Positions 12,283-23,225 of a stretch of 64,000 bases of DNA are shown piece after piece; the stretch's first letter is position 1; every line of letters begins with the position of its first letter. The DNA comes from the human T2T-CHM13v2.0 reference genome, Homo sapiens. Where the stretch lies: the NCBI RefSeq assembly GCF_009914755.1, contig NC_060926.1. The stretch is one strand, 5' to 3'. The position numbers were made by a program, and so were the translations under genes. Under the pieces are notes generated by a model that saw nothing but the letters and a program-made list of their open reading frames with translations, had not been told where the DNA came from and did not search any database.

Positions 12283-13594
12283 TTCCATAATTTAATAGAG
12301 AAATAACATTTCCCATTCTCATCACCAGAAAACAATCACCATATGAATGCACTTTAGCTATTAATACTTATTCCTTGATGCATAAACAATCTCATTTAAA
12401 AATTCTCACTCCCGAAGATGCTTATCTTCTTCAAGGGGAGGCATGTGGGTGGGGGAAGGCAACGTAAGCATGATCCATCACGTACAGCTGAATTCCCAGC
12501 CAAACTCACAGTCTTAAGAATAAAAAACAGTTAATGAGTATCACAGAGCCAGCGCCCCAAATAGTGAGATACAGAATTCCATTCACTCTATCATGGCCTG
12601 ACTGACATTTAATTATTCTCTATTTTTTGGTGCTTATAATTCCATTCTTATCATTCATTGTAAATCCTTTGGAACCCCTAGAAAAAGTGAGATCGAGTGA
12701 CAAAACAGAGATAATGAAATCAGAGGCAGTAGAATAAAATTATATCTTGTAGGTAAAGCGATGATTCAGTAGAGCAAGTTATTTCATAAGGTTGCAAAAA
12801 CTGGGGGAGGGAATCAGAATTAATGTAGCAGCCTCGGAGGAGAGCTGAAAGGGACTCCATGGAGTGGGGTGCATAATAGACAGACAGCAAAGCTGTGGAA
12901 AGAACATTTCAGTAAGCACTAACCCGGCTAGGCTTCCGCCCGTCCAGCTGCGTGACCTTAGGCGTATCACTTAACTCTCCCTGGGTTTTCATTTTCTCAC
13001 CTATGAAATGCCACTATGTACTTAGCATTGCTGCAAAACCCCCAAAAGATGCACAATTGCTATATAAATATAGGATTGAAATTATTTTATAACATAAGGC
13101 AAAGCTGGAAGGTCATGGACAACATTCAAAGATGAAGAGTGCAGTCCAATTTAACCCCAGAGGTACAGGACTGTGGATTCCTCTACTCTCTTCCAGGGCT
13201 CTCTGGGACTCCAGTGCCCTGGCCAGCACCCTGTTCCCACTGTCTCTGACTTGCCAATAACACTGGGGACTGGAGGTCAATGGCCTGGATAGGCTCTGCT
13301 GGGTAAAGGTAGAAGAGAAAATGATCTCCAATTCTAGCTGTGGCTGCCACTGAACCCAAGAGAACATGCCAAGTTGAAAACCCATCAGTGTGGAGGTACC
13401 AAGGTCACTAAACCAAAGAAAGAAATGAGAATATGTCATCATCCAAGAATCATGGTCCAAGGCAATTATGAAAATTTAAAGTGTGAATGAAATCAAGCGA
13501 TCAAAGATTCAAGGATCAGGAGTGGGAGTGATGGGTGCAGTGAGCCTTTAGGAAGCTAGCCCAGCTTTGCAAATGGCTGCTTTTCAGATGTTCA

Positions 13595-14280
13595 TGTATC
13601 TGCCCAACAGGTTCTTCCTGCCCACTGCACAAAGAAAAGCAACTCACCGAGACCACAGCATTGCAGTAAAGAGTTTAATTACCATGGGGCTGGCCATGTC
13701 ACGAGGGAGACAGAGTTATTATTCAAATCAATCTTTTCAAAGGCTCAGAGATTTAGGGTTTTTCAAAGATAGTTTGGTGGGCCAGCATGGGGGCATGCTG
13801 ATTGGTTGGGTCAGAGATGAAATCATAAGGAATCAAAGCTGTCCTCTTGTGCTGAGTCAGTTCCTGAGTGGAGGCCACAGGACTGTTTGGTATGTCCAGG
13901 TGGGGCCATCCAGTTGTCAGAAATGTGAAAAAGTGAAAAGACATCTCAAAAGGCCACTCTTAGATTCTACAATAGTGATGTTATCTGTAATAGAAACTGG
14001 GGATGTTGCAAATCTTAAGACCTCCAGAGTAATGGCTGGTAATTATTCAGAATTCAAGCTCTCATCTTCCTAACTTCGTGGCCTTTTATTAGTTTTACAA
14101 GAACAGTTTAGTTTTTGAGAAGGGCTATTACCATTTAAATTATAAACTAAATTTCTTCCAAAGTTAGCTTGGCCTACACCCAAGAATAAGCAAAGACAGC
14201 CAACCTGTGAGGCTAGAAGCAAGATGGAGTCAGCCATGTCAGATTTCTCTTACTGTCATAATTTTGCAGAGGTGGTTTCA
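13595..14280 (-). mobile_element. ERV1 solo LTR, LTR8/LTR8A-like
   Basis: Minus strand starts TGAAACCACCTCTGCAAAATTATGACAG; perfect 4-bp TSD TTCA at 13591-13594 and 14281-14284. Confidence 0.85.
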
Positions 14281-14539
14281 TTCACAGTAAAAGGGATACA
14301 TGGGTGGGGCATCTCCACTTAGTTCAAAATCACAAAACCAGTTGCATCAGATACCTGGCACAAGAGTTTACCTTTCTTCTTTGCTTATCTTTTCTCCCTT
14401 TTTTCTGTGTGTCTCTCCTCAAGAGGCAGGTTATAGCTTTCCTCTCATTGATTTTCTGTTTAGGAGCAGGTTATGATTCAGTGCTACCTTCCAGAAGGAT
14501 AGGTAACTATTCTTACTCTTCTGCTCATGAGGTAGCCAA

Positions 14540-14970
14540 GAGAAGACTCCTTTCAGATCCTTGACTTTAGGAAATATAATTAACTCATGGCCCAGCTGCT
14601 GTGCCTTGAAATCCACCATCAAGCTCACTCTGAGACCTGTCTTCCTACAGCTTCTCCCAGCCAATGGCTGGGCAGGGCAGGAGTACTGCGGAAGGTCCAT
14701 TCCTGGAAGACAGGGGATGAGCTACTGTGGCTTGGGACTCTCTGAAGGCCTTGCCAAACTTTCCTTAGAACCACTCTGGTGTCTGAAATGCTCCCATTGC
14801 CCTGCCTTCTGCTCCTCTCTCCTTCCCTCGGGGTTAGATCTGCATCACAATCTGAAGGCTCTTCTAGCCTCTGCCTCCCCATTTCCTTGCATGGCCATTT
14901 CCCCTAATGTATTTCTTGCCTGTCTAATCCTATCTTGATGTCTGATTATCAGAGGCTCCAAATTTGCACA
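14540..14970 (+). mobile_element. ERVL-type LTR remnant (LTR16/LTR40-like)
   Basis: 3' end GTCTAATCCTATCTTGATGTCTG...TCAGAGGCTCCAAATTTGCACA resembles ERVL LTR termini. Confidence 0.45.
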
Positions 14971-15714
14971 AAAATAAGAGTTCCAAGAGTGGGCCCCACT
15001 CAGCCTCAGAAATCCCCCTCACCTATGCTGTTTCCCAAGTCTAGAACCCCATAACACTCCACTCTTCTTTTTCAAGCAAATGTTCCAGGGTCCTTTGAAT
15101 CAGAAAGCTCTCCATGACAGTGGATTATCAAGTTCCACAGTGGAAACAATGAAGGTCATTTCATTCAAAGGAGCTTATTAGAATATTCAAATGCTAGCCA
15201 GTTTCTTCCTCTTGTGTTCCTTCCCTTCCTGAGCATTTCAATGCTCAAGCCTTTTGGTTGGGCAGAAGGAAGTAGGTGTCCATGCTGGGGCATGCAGGGG
15301 CAGGGCAGCTGCACAGCTCAGAGTGGGGGTCAGAGCCTAGCAGGAAGGAAGGGCATCCAGGTTGGGAAACATGGCCCTGCATAGGGAATTGAACCCAAGG
15401 GGGTGAGGAGGGCACCACCTGGGATTTTATAAGGAGAGAGTGGGGTAGATAGGGGGCAGCCCATGCTGTTGGCCATCCCAGGGCTCCAGAGACTGAATGG
15501 ATTTGGGGGGAATCCTTGGTGGAAAGGGTGGCCATCAAGCTAGGAGATTAGTTGTACACAGAAGGAGTAAATATTACATATTTACTTATTACAAATAAGT
15601 AAACAGAGTTAGAGCAATAGGATTCTAGCTTATTGTCAGAAAAGAGAGTGAAACATATGAAAAGGAAGAAAATCAGATTGACTCTTGTGGTGGTGGGTTG
15701 GAAATGGAAGGTAC

Positions 15715-16310
15715 TGATACAGGAGTTAAGAAGAAATTACTTAGGCAGATAGTGAGGGTATGGCAGTCCTTGGTAAGGTTTCCCTTTTAACAAAAAGCAG
15801 CCCCAAATTATTTTCCTTTGTAACAAAGAGCAGCCTGTAAAATTGCGCTGCAGACATAGATGCTGGCAGTTGTGCCAGCATGTTCAAGATGGCGGTTCCA
15901 TCTTCCCTTCTCTTTGTCAGCCACGTGTACAGTAAGGAGCAGACAAGATGGTCCTGGCCAAGGGGAAAGTTCATTTGCATAATAAGATTAGCGCGGGCTG
16001 ACCAGCCTTCCCTAGGCTATGTAAACGTCACACCTAATAGAACCAATCTGTGAGCCCTACATAAATCAGAAATCGCCTCCTTGAGCTGGACTATAAAATC
16101 TGGGGCATCTGCTGCCAGTCGCAGGTCTTTTCCTCTTGGAAGTACCCTCTCTCTCACTAGAGAGAGAGCTGTTTTCCTTTCTTTCTCTTTCTCTTTCTCT
16201 TGCCTATTAAACCTCTGCTCCTAAACACCCCGTGTGCGTCTGTGTCCTAAATGCTTCCGGCAGGACACAACAAACCCCAGGTATTTACCCCAGACAATGT
16301 AGCCGCTTCA
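15715..16310 (+). mobile_element. ERV1 solo LTR (~596 bp; LTR43-like, subfamily uncertain)
   Basis: TG...CA termini, TSD GTAC/GTCC, internal CCAAT, TATAAAA and ATTAAA. Confidence 0.8.
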
Positions 16311-16505
16311 GTCCCATTGTGAATGGGTTATTTTCAATATATGTAGATAGATATAGCGATAAACATCAATGCAAGTGTGTCTGTGTGTGTGTGTATGTGT
16401 GCGTGTGTATCGTTCTCCATTAAAAGTAACCAGGGCCTCTTGGAGAAGAGGTTGGATCCAAGACTGAGAGAATGAATACGCAAGATGATTCAAGAACATC
16501 TCACC

Positions 16506-16814
16506 GGCCGGGAGCTGTGGCTCACGCCTGTAATCCCAGCACTTTGGGAGGCCGAGGCGGGCGGATCACGAGGTCAGGAGATCGAGACCATCCTGGCTAA
16601 CACGGTGAAACCCAGTCTCCACTAAAAATACAAAAAATTAGCCGGGCGTGGGGGCCAGCACCTGTAATCCTGGATGCTCGGGAGGCTGAGGCAGGAGAAT
16701 GGCGTGAATCCGGGAGGCGGAACTTGCAGTGAGCCGAGATGGAGCCACTGCACTCCAGCCTGGGCGACTAAGCGAGACTCCGTCACAAAAAAACAAAAAA
16801 CAAACAAACAAAAA
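16506..16814 (+). mobile_element. AluY SINE
   Basis: Diagnostic GATCACGAGGTCAGGAGATCGAGACCATCCTGGCTAACACGG and GAATGGCGTGAA; TSD AACATCTCACC. Confidence 0.93.
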
Positions 16815-16899
16815 AACATCTCACCGTGGCGGAAAGCAAAGTGCTCAAAGAGTGAGGCAGCCTGATGAAAAGGACACAGACACCAGCTTGTAAGGGCTC

Positions 16900-17439
16900 C
16901 CTTTGCCCAATTTGAGTAGCAAATAAATAATGATTGTAATGGAATATGACCTATTGAATAAGATAAACATATCAAAAATATCAGTGTAAATACATACATT
17001 GAAAGTCTGATGAGAAACGGGGTATATTTTCAAAATTCCTCCTGACAAAATACTAATTAGGCCTAAGGAGAAAAGGAGTCACTTCACAGTGAAGAAGCTG
17101 AATAGCCACCACCTGAGCCAAGTGATCAAAGTGAGCGTCAGCAGTGACAGAACAAGTAAAAACCATGTACTGCGATGCACTGAGATCCCAGCGTCACTCC
17201 TGTGATATTCCTGCTGAAGACACATCACTTGAATCTAATCTGAAGGAAACATTAGAGAATCTCAGATTGAGGGACATTCCAAGAAATAACTGGCCTTTAA
17301 CCCTCAGATGAGGAAAAACTAAAGGACTCTTCTGAAAAGGAGGAAGCTAAAGAACCATGACAACTAAATGCAGCAGCTGATTTCAAACTAAATGATTTTC
17401 TTTGTTTTTTGTTTTTTTGCTATAAAGAATATTGTTGGT
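16900..17439 (+). mobile_element. Old L1 (L1MC/L1MD-like) 3' region fragment
   Basis: AAATAAATAATGATTGTAATGG...CACCACCTGAGCCAAGTGATCAAAGTGA...TGAGGGACATTC is typical of the L1MC/MD 3' UTR. Confidence 0.65.
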
Positions 17440-17512
17440 GGCCAGGCATGCACGGTAGCTCACGCCTGTAATCCCAACACTTTGGGAGGCCGAGGCAGGA
17501 GGATCACCTAAG
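17440..17512 (+). mobile_element. Alu 5' fragment (3' part missing)
   Basis: GGCCAGGC...CTCACGCCTGTAATCCCAACACTTTGGGAGGCCGAGGCAGGAGGATCACCT, then an abrupt end. Confidence 0.85.
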
Positions 17513-18299
17513 TACATCTGTGTAGAGGGGGGAGGTATACCTAAAAATGTATCTGGGAGAATATTCCAGAAATGGTTAAGAGTGGTTGTCTATTGGGAGG
17601 GAAAGGGTTATATACCTTTTGTACTGTTTGCATTTTTTAAAATCATAATCATTTTTATCTTTTGTAAAAACAGTAATTAACATTTGACAAAGGCAACAGG
17701 AAAATTTGCCTATAATCCCTGCAAAGAGTAAAGTATGTTTGTAATAAGTGTTTGTTTCTCAGGTATCCTGATCTGCTCAAACTGTACGTCCCCTACCCCA
17801 TCCTCCCTTGTACATCAGTTCATCACTAGGGCCACCACTGTCCCATCCCATGCCTATGGCAGACATTGCTAGATGATCCTGGCACTCATCCCACTGAGCC
17901 CAGGCACTGACTAAGAATCCTTTCTAGTGCAGACCACCCAGCAGCTTCTATGTGTTCATCAGAGTTTGGTAAGGAAGAAGCTTTTGCATCCCCGACCCGC
18001 AGGAAGCATTTCACAGAAGGTGAGTCTTCAGAGGATTCTGTATATTCAAACAGGCCTAGCGTGGGTTCTAGCACAGTGGCAAAGGAAAGCAGCAAAGTCC
18101 AGGGCCTGACCCAGATATTCACAGTCTAGCTCAGCCCTGCTCACTCACTCCCACCTCTATGCTTCATCTGGATGGTATGAGTCCATTCCTTGAAATTGGG
18201 AAGAACCTGCTTATAGCTTGGCTCACGGACTACAATACGGACTCAGCAATACCTTCAACCAATAGAGCTCTGTACTTCTCTAACTTTCATAGTCCCTTG

Positions 18300-18610
18300 A
18301 ATTCCTGGGAATCCTATGAACTTGAAGATTCAGATTTGGGGGCCAGGATAGGACCTGGGATGTTGCGTTTCTCACAAACTCCCTGGGGATGGCTTGCTGC
18401 TGGTCCTGTGCCTACACTTTGAATAGCAAGGCCTTAGAGCAGTGGTTCTGTTCTGAAAGCTTGGCTGCAGTCAGAGTCACCTGGAAGGGGCATTAAGACA
18501 CAAATTGCTGGACCTGTCCCTAGAGTTTTTGATTCAGTAGGTCTGGGGTGGGGCCCAAGAATTTGCATTCTTAACAAGTTCCAGGTGCTGCTGCTGCTGG
18601 TGCAGGACCT
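18300..18610 (+). mobile_element. Two adjacent MER5-type hAT DNA transposon remnants
   Basis: GATTCAGTAGGTCTGGGGTGGGGCCCAAGAATTTGCATTCTTAACAAGTTCCAGG (MER5A core) plus a more diverged copy just upstream. Confidence 0.7.
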
Positions 18611-18694
18611 ATGGGTTCTGTTCTCCAACCTCAATCTTGGTGAGAGATCCTCCAGCAATGCCCACCCTATGTCTTCTCAAGAAGCCTGTAGACC

Positions 18695-18765
18695 AAAAAA
18701 AAAAAAAAAGAAAGAAAGAAAGAAAGAAAGAAAGAAAAAAAGAAAAAGAAAAAGAAAAAAAAAAA
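18695..18765. repeat. A-rich / (GAAA)n simple repeat
   Basis: Direct reading. Confidence 0.95.
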
Positions 18766-18914
18766 TCAGGGGATTTGGTGGTGCTGGGCACACCTGATCT
18801 GAAACCCTCATTTGTCACACTAGGAAAAGTTACCTCGGGAAAGCCACCTAACCATCCTGAACCTTAGTGTGATTGTCAATGAATGGGCCTAGTCAAACCT
18901 TTTGTCATAGAGCT

Positions 18915-19641
18915 GGTGAAAGGAAAATAAATCTTGGGACTCTAAAATCACTAAGCCAGAGGAAAATGTCAAGCTGAGAACTGCGTCAGGCAAACCTGCC
19001 TCCCATTTTATTCCCAAATAAGATGGCTACAAAGATTAAAAAAAAAAAAAAGCTGCATACCTGCCTTACAAATTGTCCACAAGGAAATTTCTTGTGGGCC
19101 TTAAGAACTTTACCCTAAAACAGTTCTGTTAGATTTCACCCTAGCTGTGTCAATTGATGGCTTATCTTCACAGGTGCAGGACAAAGGACAGAACTCAAAG
19201 TCATCTCTCGGCTCACCTGAGACAAATGCATATGTGATTGTTTCCTATGCCCTATTGTTTATGTAAAAATGCAAATTCACTGAGCCAGACTAAGGCATAA
19301 GTAACTATTCCTCTACTCCATTCTCACATTAAAATTGTGTGTTCAGGGAAAGGCTGACCAAAGATTCAAAAGAATGCAACCATTTGCCTCTTATCTACCT
19401 GTGACGTGGAAACCCTCCACTTCAAGTTGTCTTGCCTTTCCAGACCAAACCAATGTACATCTTACACATATTGATTGATGTCTCATGTATCTCTAAAATG
19501 TATAAAATCAAGCTGTCCCCCAGTCACCTTAGGCACATGTTGTCAGGACTTCCTGAGGCTGTGTCACAGGTGTATTCTTAACTTTGGCAAAATAAACTTT
19601 CTAAAGTGATTGAGACCTGTCTCAGATACTTTTGGTTCACA
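18915..19641 (+). mobile_element. MER4A-type ERV1 solo LTR inserted in a MIR
   Basis: GTGAAAGGAAAATAAATCTTGGG start and TTTGGTTCACA end; 4-bp TSD AGCT at 18911-18914 and 19642-19645. Confidence 0.88.
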
Positions 19642-22103
19642 AGCTGTTGCCAGGACTTAGGGAACAAACGTAGCTGAAGGGCTTAGTGTAGTCCTTGGTT
19701 CCCTCCCCATCCCTGGGCAGCCATCCTGCAGTTCCCAAGAGTCTGGAAGGACGTGGGATGAATCCTCACCATGAGGCCACACCTCCAAGCAGACATCGGA
19801 CTGAGAGTTTCTCACCTTTTGACGTTTACAGGTTCCTTGAGTACTAACGTGGCAACATCAGCTGATTTTTTTTCCCTGAAGAGTCTTCCCATTGCTTCCT
19901 CCCAGCGCTGCATCTGTGACGTGGTGTCCAGACTTCCTCCTGGACACGTGTCGAGAATGCCTCTCCGCTTTTACAGGCACTTGTTGAAGGAAAGTGTTAC
20001 CACAGGTAACAGGAATCCAAACCGGTGTTTTCTTGGCTTTTCGCAAAGGATTTCAGGCCCAGGCTCCTGCCCACTCTCACCATCCTGCAACCCTCCTCAT
20101 AATCAAATCCATAAGCTTTGTTGCCAATTATTGGCCTCTGCAGCAGAATGATGGGGAAGAAAAGCAAGGACAGGCACTCTCTGGCATGAGGCGGCTGGGG
20201 TTTCAGTACTGCCTTCTCTGTGTATCTTCCCAAGGCAGCACCAAATAGAGACAGACAGAACCCCTGACAGCATCACAGCCTCACTCAGACGCCTGGCCAT
20301 TCCAGGCATGGAACACACCCCAGAGACCCCTGGGGCCAGAATCTGGTGTACCGCTAGTGGGAGGAGAAAGCCCAGGGGAAGGCCGCATGTTTTGTGGGAT
20401 TTCAAGAAGACTTTCCAGATAACTAAGGGTTAACCCTTTAAGAACCAAAGCTTGACAACCCCTCCCCTCCGCAGATTCACTCTTTTTGTTAGAAACCTTC
20501 CCAGATAGAAAGAATATGCACTCCCAGCTTCCTTCCTTCAGTAGAGCCTACACGTGTCATTTATTTTGATCATAATGGCCCAGGGTCATCACCGGAATAT
20601 GAATGAGTGCATCTAATTGAACCACTTGAACAATCCTCTCAACACTGGGTCCCTTGGCTCCACGTGTGCTTTTTACTTTTTGTTTTTCTTAAGTCCATTT
20701 TTCTCTCAGACTTCAGATTTGATAGCTTGGCTTTTTGAAACAAATATTTGGTGTATCCCCTGCTTTGTTTCTTGGCTAACTCATCTATTCTAACTTGGGA
20801 GCCAATTTTTTAACTGTCTTGGATTCCTCTGGATTTCACATGAGCTAAACTCCTGCCAGAGAGGAAGATGGATGTAACTAGATTGTATAAAAATATTTGC
20901 TTCTATAGTCAATGATCCCTTTCTTCAAGTACTTTTAAATTCTTATGCCAGCTTCTTAATACTTTTCACCTTTTGCATTTCTACTAGCTTGGTGTCAGAC
21001 TATCACTTGTGCAGCTGCATAAGTACCTGCCCTAGCTGTTTCTTGCCTGCTACAGGGTTTTCTGCTGCAGGCTATAACATCAATTAGCCGAGCATGTTGG
21101 AATTGTACACAAACTAAGAATTAGTAAGGTCTGAGCAAGAACTTGGGTTCATGCCTGTGGCAATGGCTTGGAGGCCTGGTTCCCTGTGCCTGGTCGTAGT
21201 CTGCATAGCTGATGTGATACTGGGACTTGCTTTTTAAATATTAGTTAAATCATTGCCACAATACATTTTATCCGTGTTCCTATAATTCCCATGTAATGAA
21301 GAAATATCACCTCATCACTAGAAGGGACACAGATCATCTATTCAAAGCCAAGCATGTGACAGAGGAAGAAGGAGGGGCTCAAGGTGAGGATAAATGGCTT
21401 GCTAGAAATCTCATAGCTTGCTTGGACAGATCCAGGACTCTCTTATATGTTCTGGCTCTCAGTTGAATCTCTTTACACAACGCCAGTGGTTTAAATCTTC
21501 ATTCATTCATTCACTCGTCATGTATTTGCCGCAGAAGCCCAATATGTATCAATACAATGGATTAAAAGGGATCTGCTCAGACACTTCTTACCCATGGGGA
21601 GTGCCTGAAGCATCTCCAAAGAAACCTGGAGCTTTTAGGACCCAGTCTGAAAACGGATACCCTAGATTCTATGCACTATATAATCCTGCCCAGATTTAGA
21701 TGAACAAAAATTATATTCTCTATGTTTGGGAAATGGTCAAACTGACCAAAGAGGTCAGGTGGTGTGTCCAAAGCCAAAGAGAATTGATGTCACAAAGCCT
21801 GGAATCTGGCCCTGCCTCCCAGCCCTCTATGCTTCTCGTATATTCTCCATTCCTCTCTCCACAGCAGAGAGGGATTCTATATCCCTAAGAGGAGCAAGCC
21901 TTTGAAGTGGAGGCACTGGTCTGGAAATGATGAGGCTTCTGGATGAGCCACTGGAGAAAAGCAAGCGGTACCTCTTGCTTTGTTCACATCCTAGTTGGTA
22001 CCCAGATGCTTGGTATTATTCAGCCCTTGGAGCCTTGCTGGATTCTAAAGAATGACTTAAAGCAACTGACATAGGGTGCCTAAAACTTCAGGCAGTTGTG
22101 TTA

Positions 22104-22472
<369 letters not shown>

Positions 22473-22989
22473 TTATATACTCAGAAACCTCCACTAACTC
22501 TCTGTTGCTTATAGGGAAATAAACAGCTCCACTCTTCATCAGATATTAGAAGATATATGTAGCTTAAACTCTGAACCTGTCCAAATTCATTTCTCAATAC
22601 CCCTATTTGGGTAGCTGATCCCAAACTCAGCTACAAACATACCTCATGTTGTGTTGGTTGGGACCGTTGAACATTCCGTTTATCTACAGAAGAGTTCTTT
22701 CCTTTTGGAGCCAAAGACCCAAATCCTACTGATATTCCGAGTCCCATTGCAAATGCCCATGCTACCGAGAAGCAATCGCTGGATTCTCTAAACCCCTTCA
22801 TATTTTATTTGTACCTCTCTCTAGGCATTTATCACACTCTATTTTGTATCACTATTATTTATAGATATGTCAAATCTCAACTTTCAGACCATTTTTTTAA
22901 AAACTAGGATTCTCCTTTGGTTTATTTTTACATCCTTTGCAGGATTTAGTAGTGCCCTGGTCCCAGTAGATTTACTGTGGCAGAGTAGG

Positions 22990-23184
22990 AATTGCATGGA
23001 ACTTTTAATCTCAGAGGCTTGGGTTCAAATTCTGACTCAGCTACCCACTAGTTGCATAACCTTAACCAAGTTGTTCAACCATCCTGAGCCTCAGTTTCCT
23101 CATCTGAAGAGAGAGAATAATAATTTCTCCCTTTCAGGAAACTTGGTGAGAACATAGGTAAGATGCCTGGCATAGTTCTTTGCA

Positions 23185-23223
<39 letters not shown>

Positions 23224-23225
23224 AT
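22990..23225 (+). mobile_element. MIR followed by (TAAA)n
   Basis: GGGTTCAAATTCTGACTC...CTGAGCCTCAGTTTCCTCATCTG; (TAAA)~10 at about 23184-23225. Confidence 0.8.

Noticed and set aside
13567-14073. 168-aa ORF
   Set aside because: Lies antisense within the LTR8 solo LTR; no protein features
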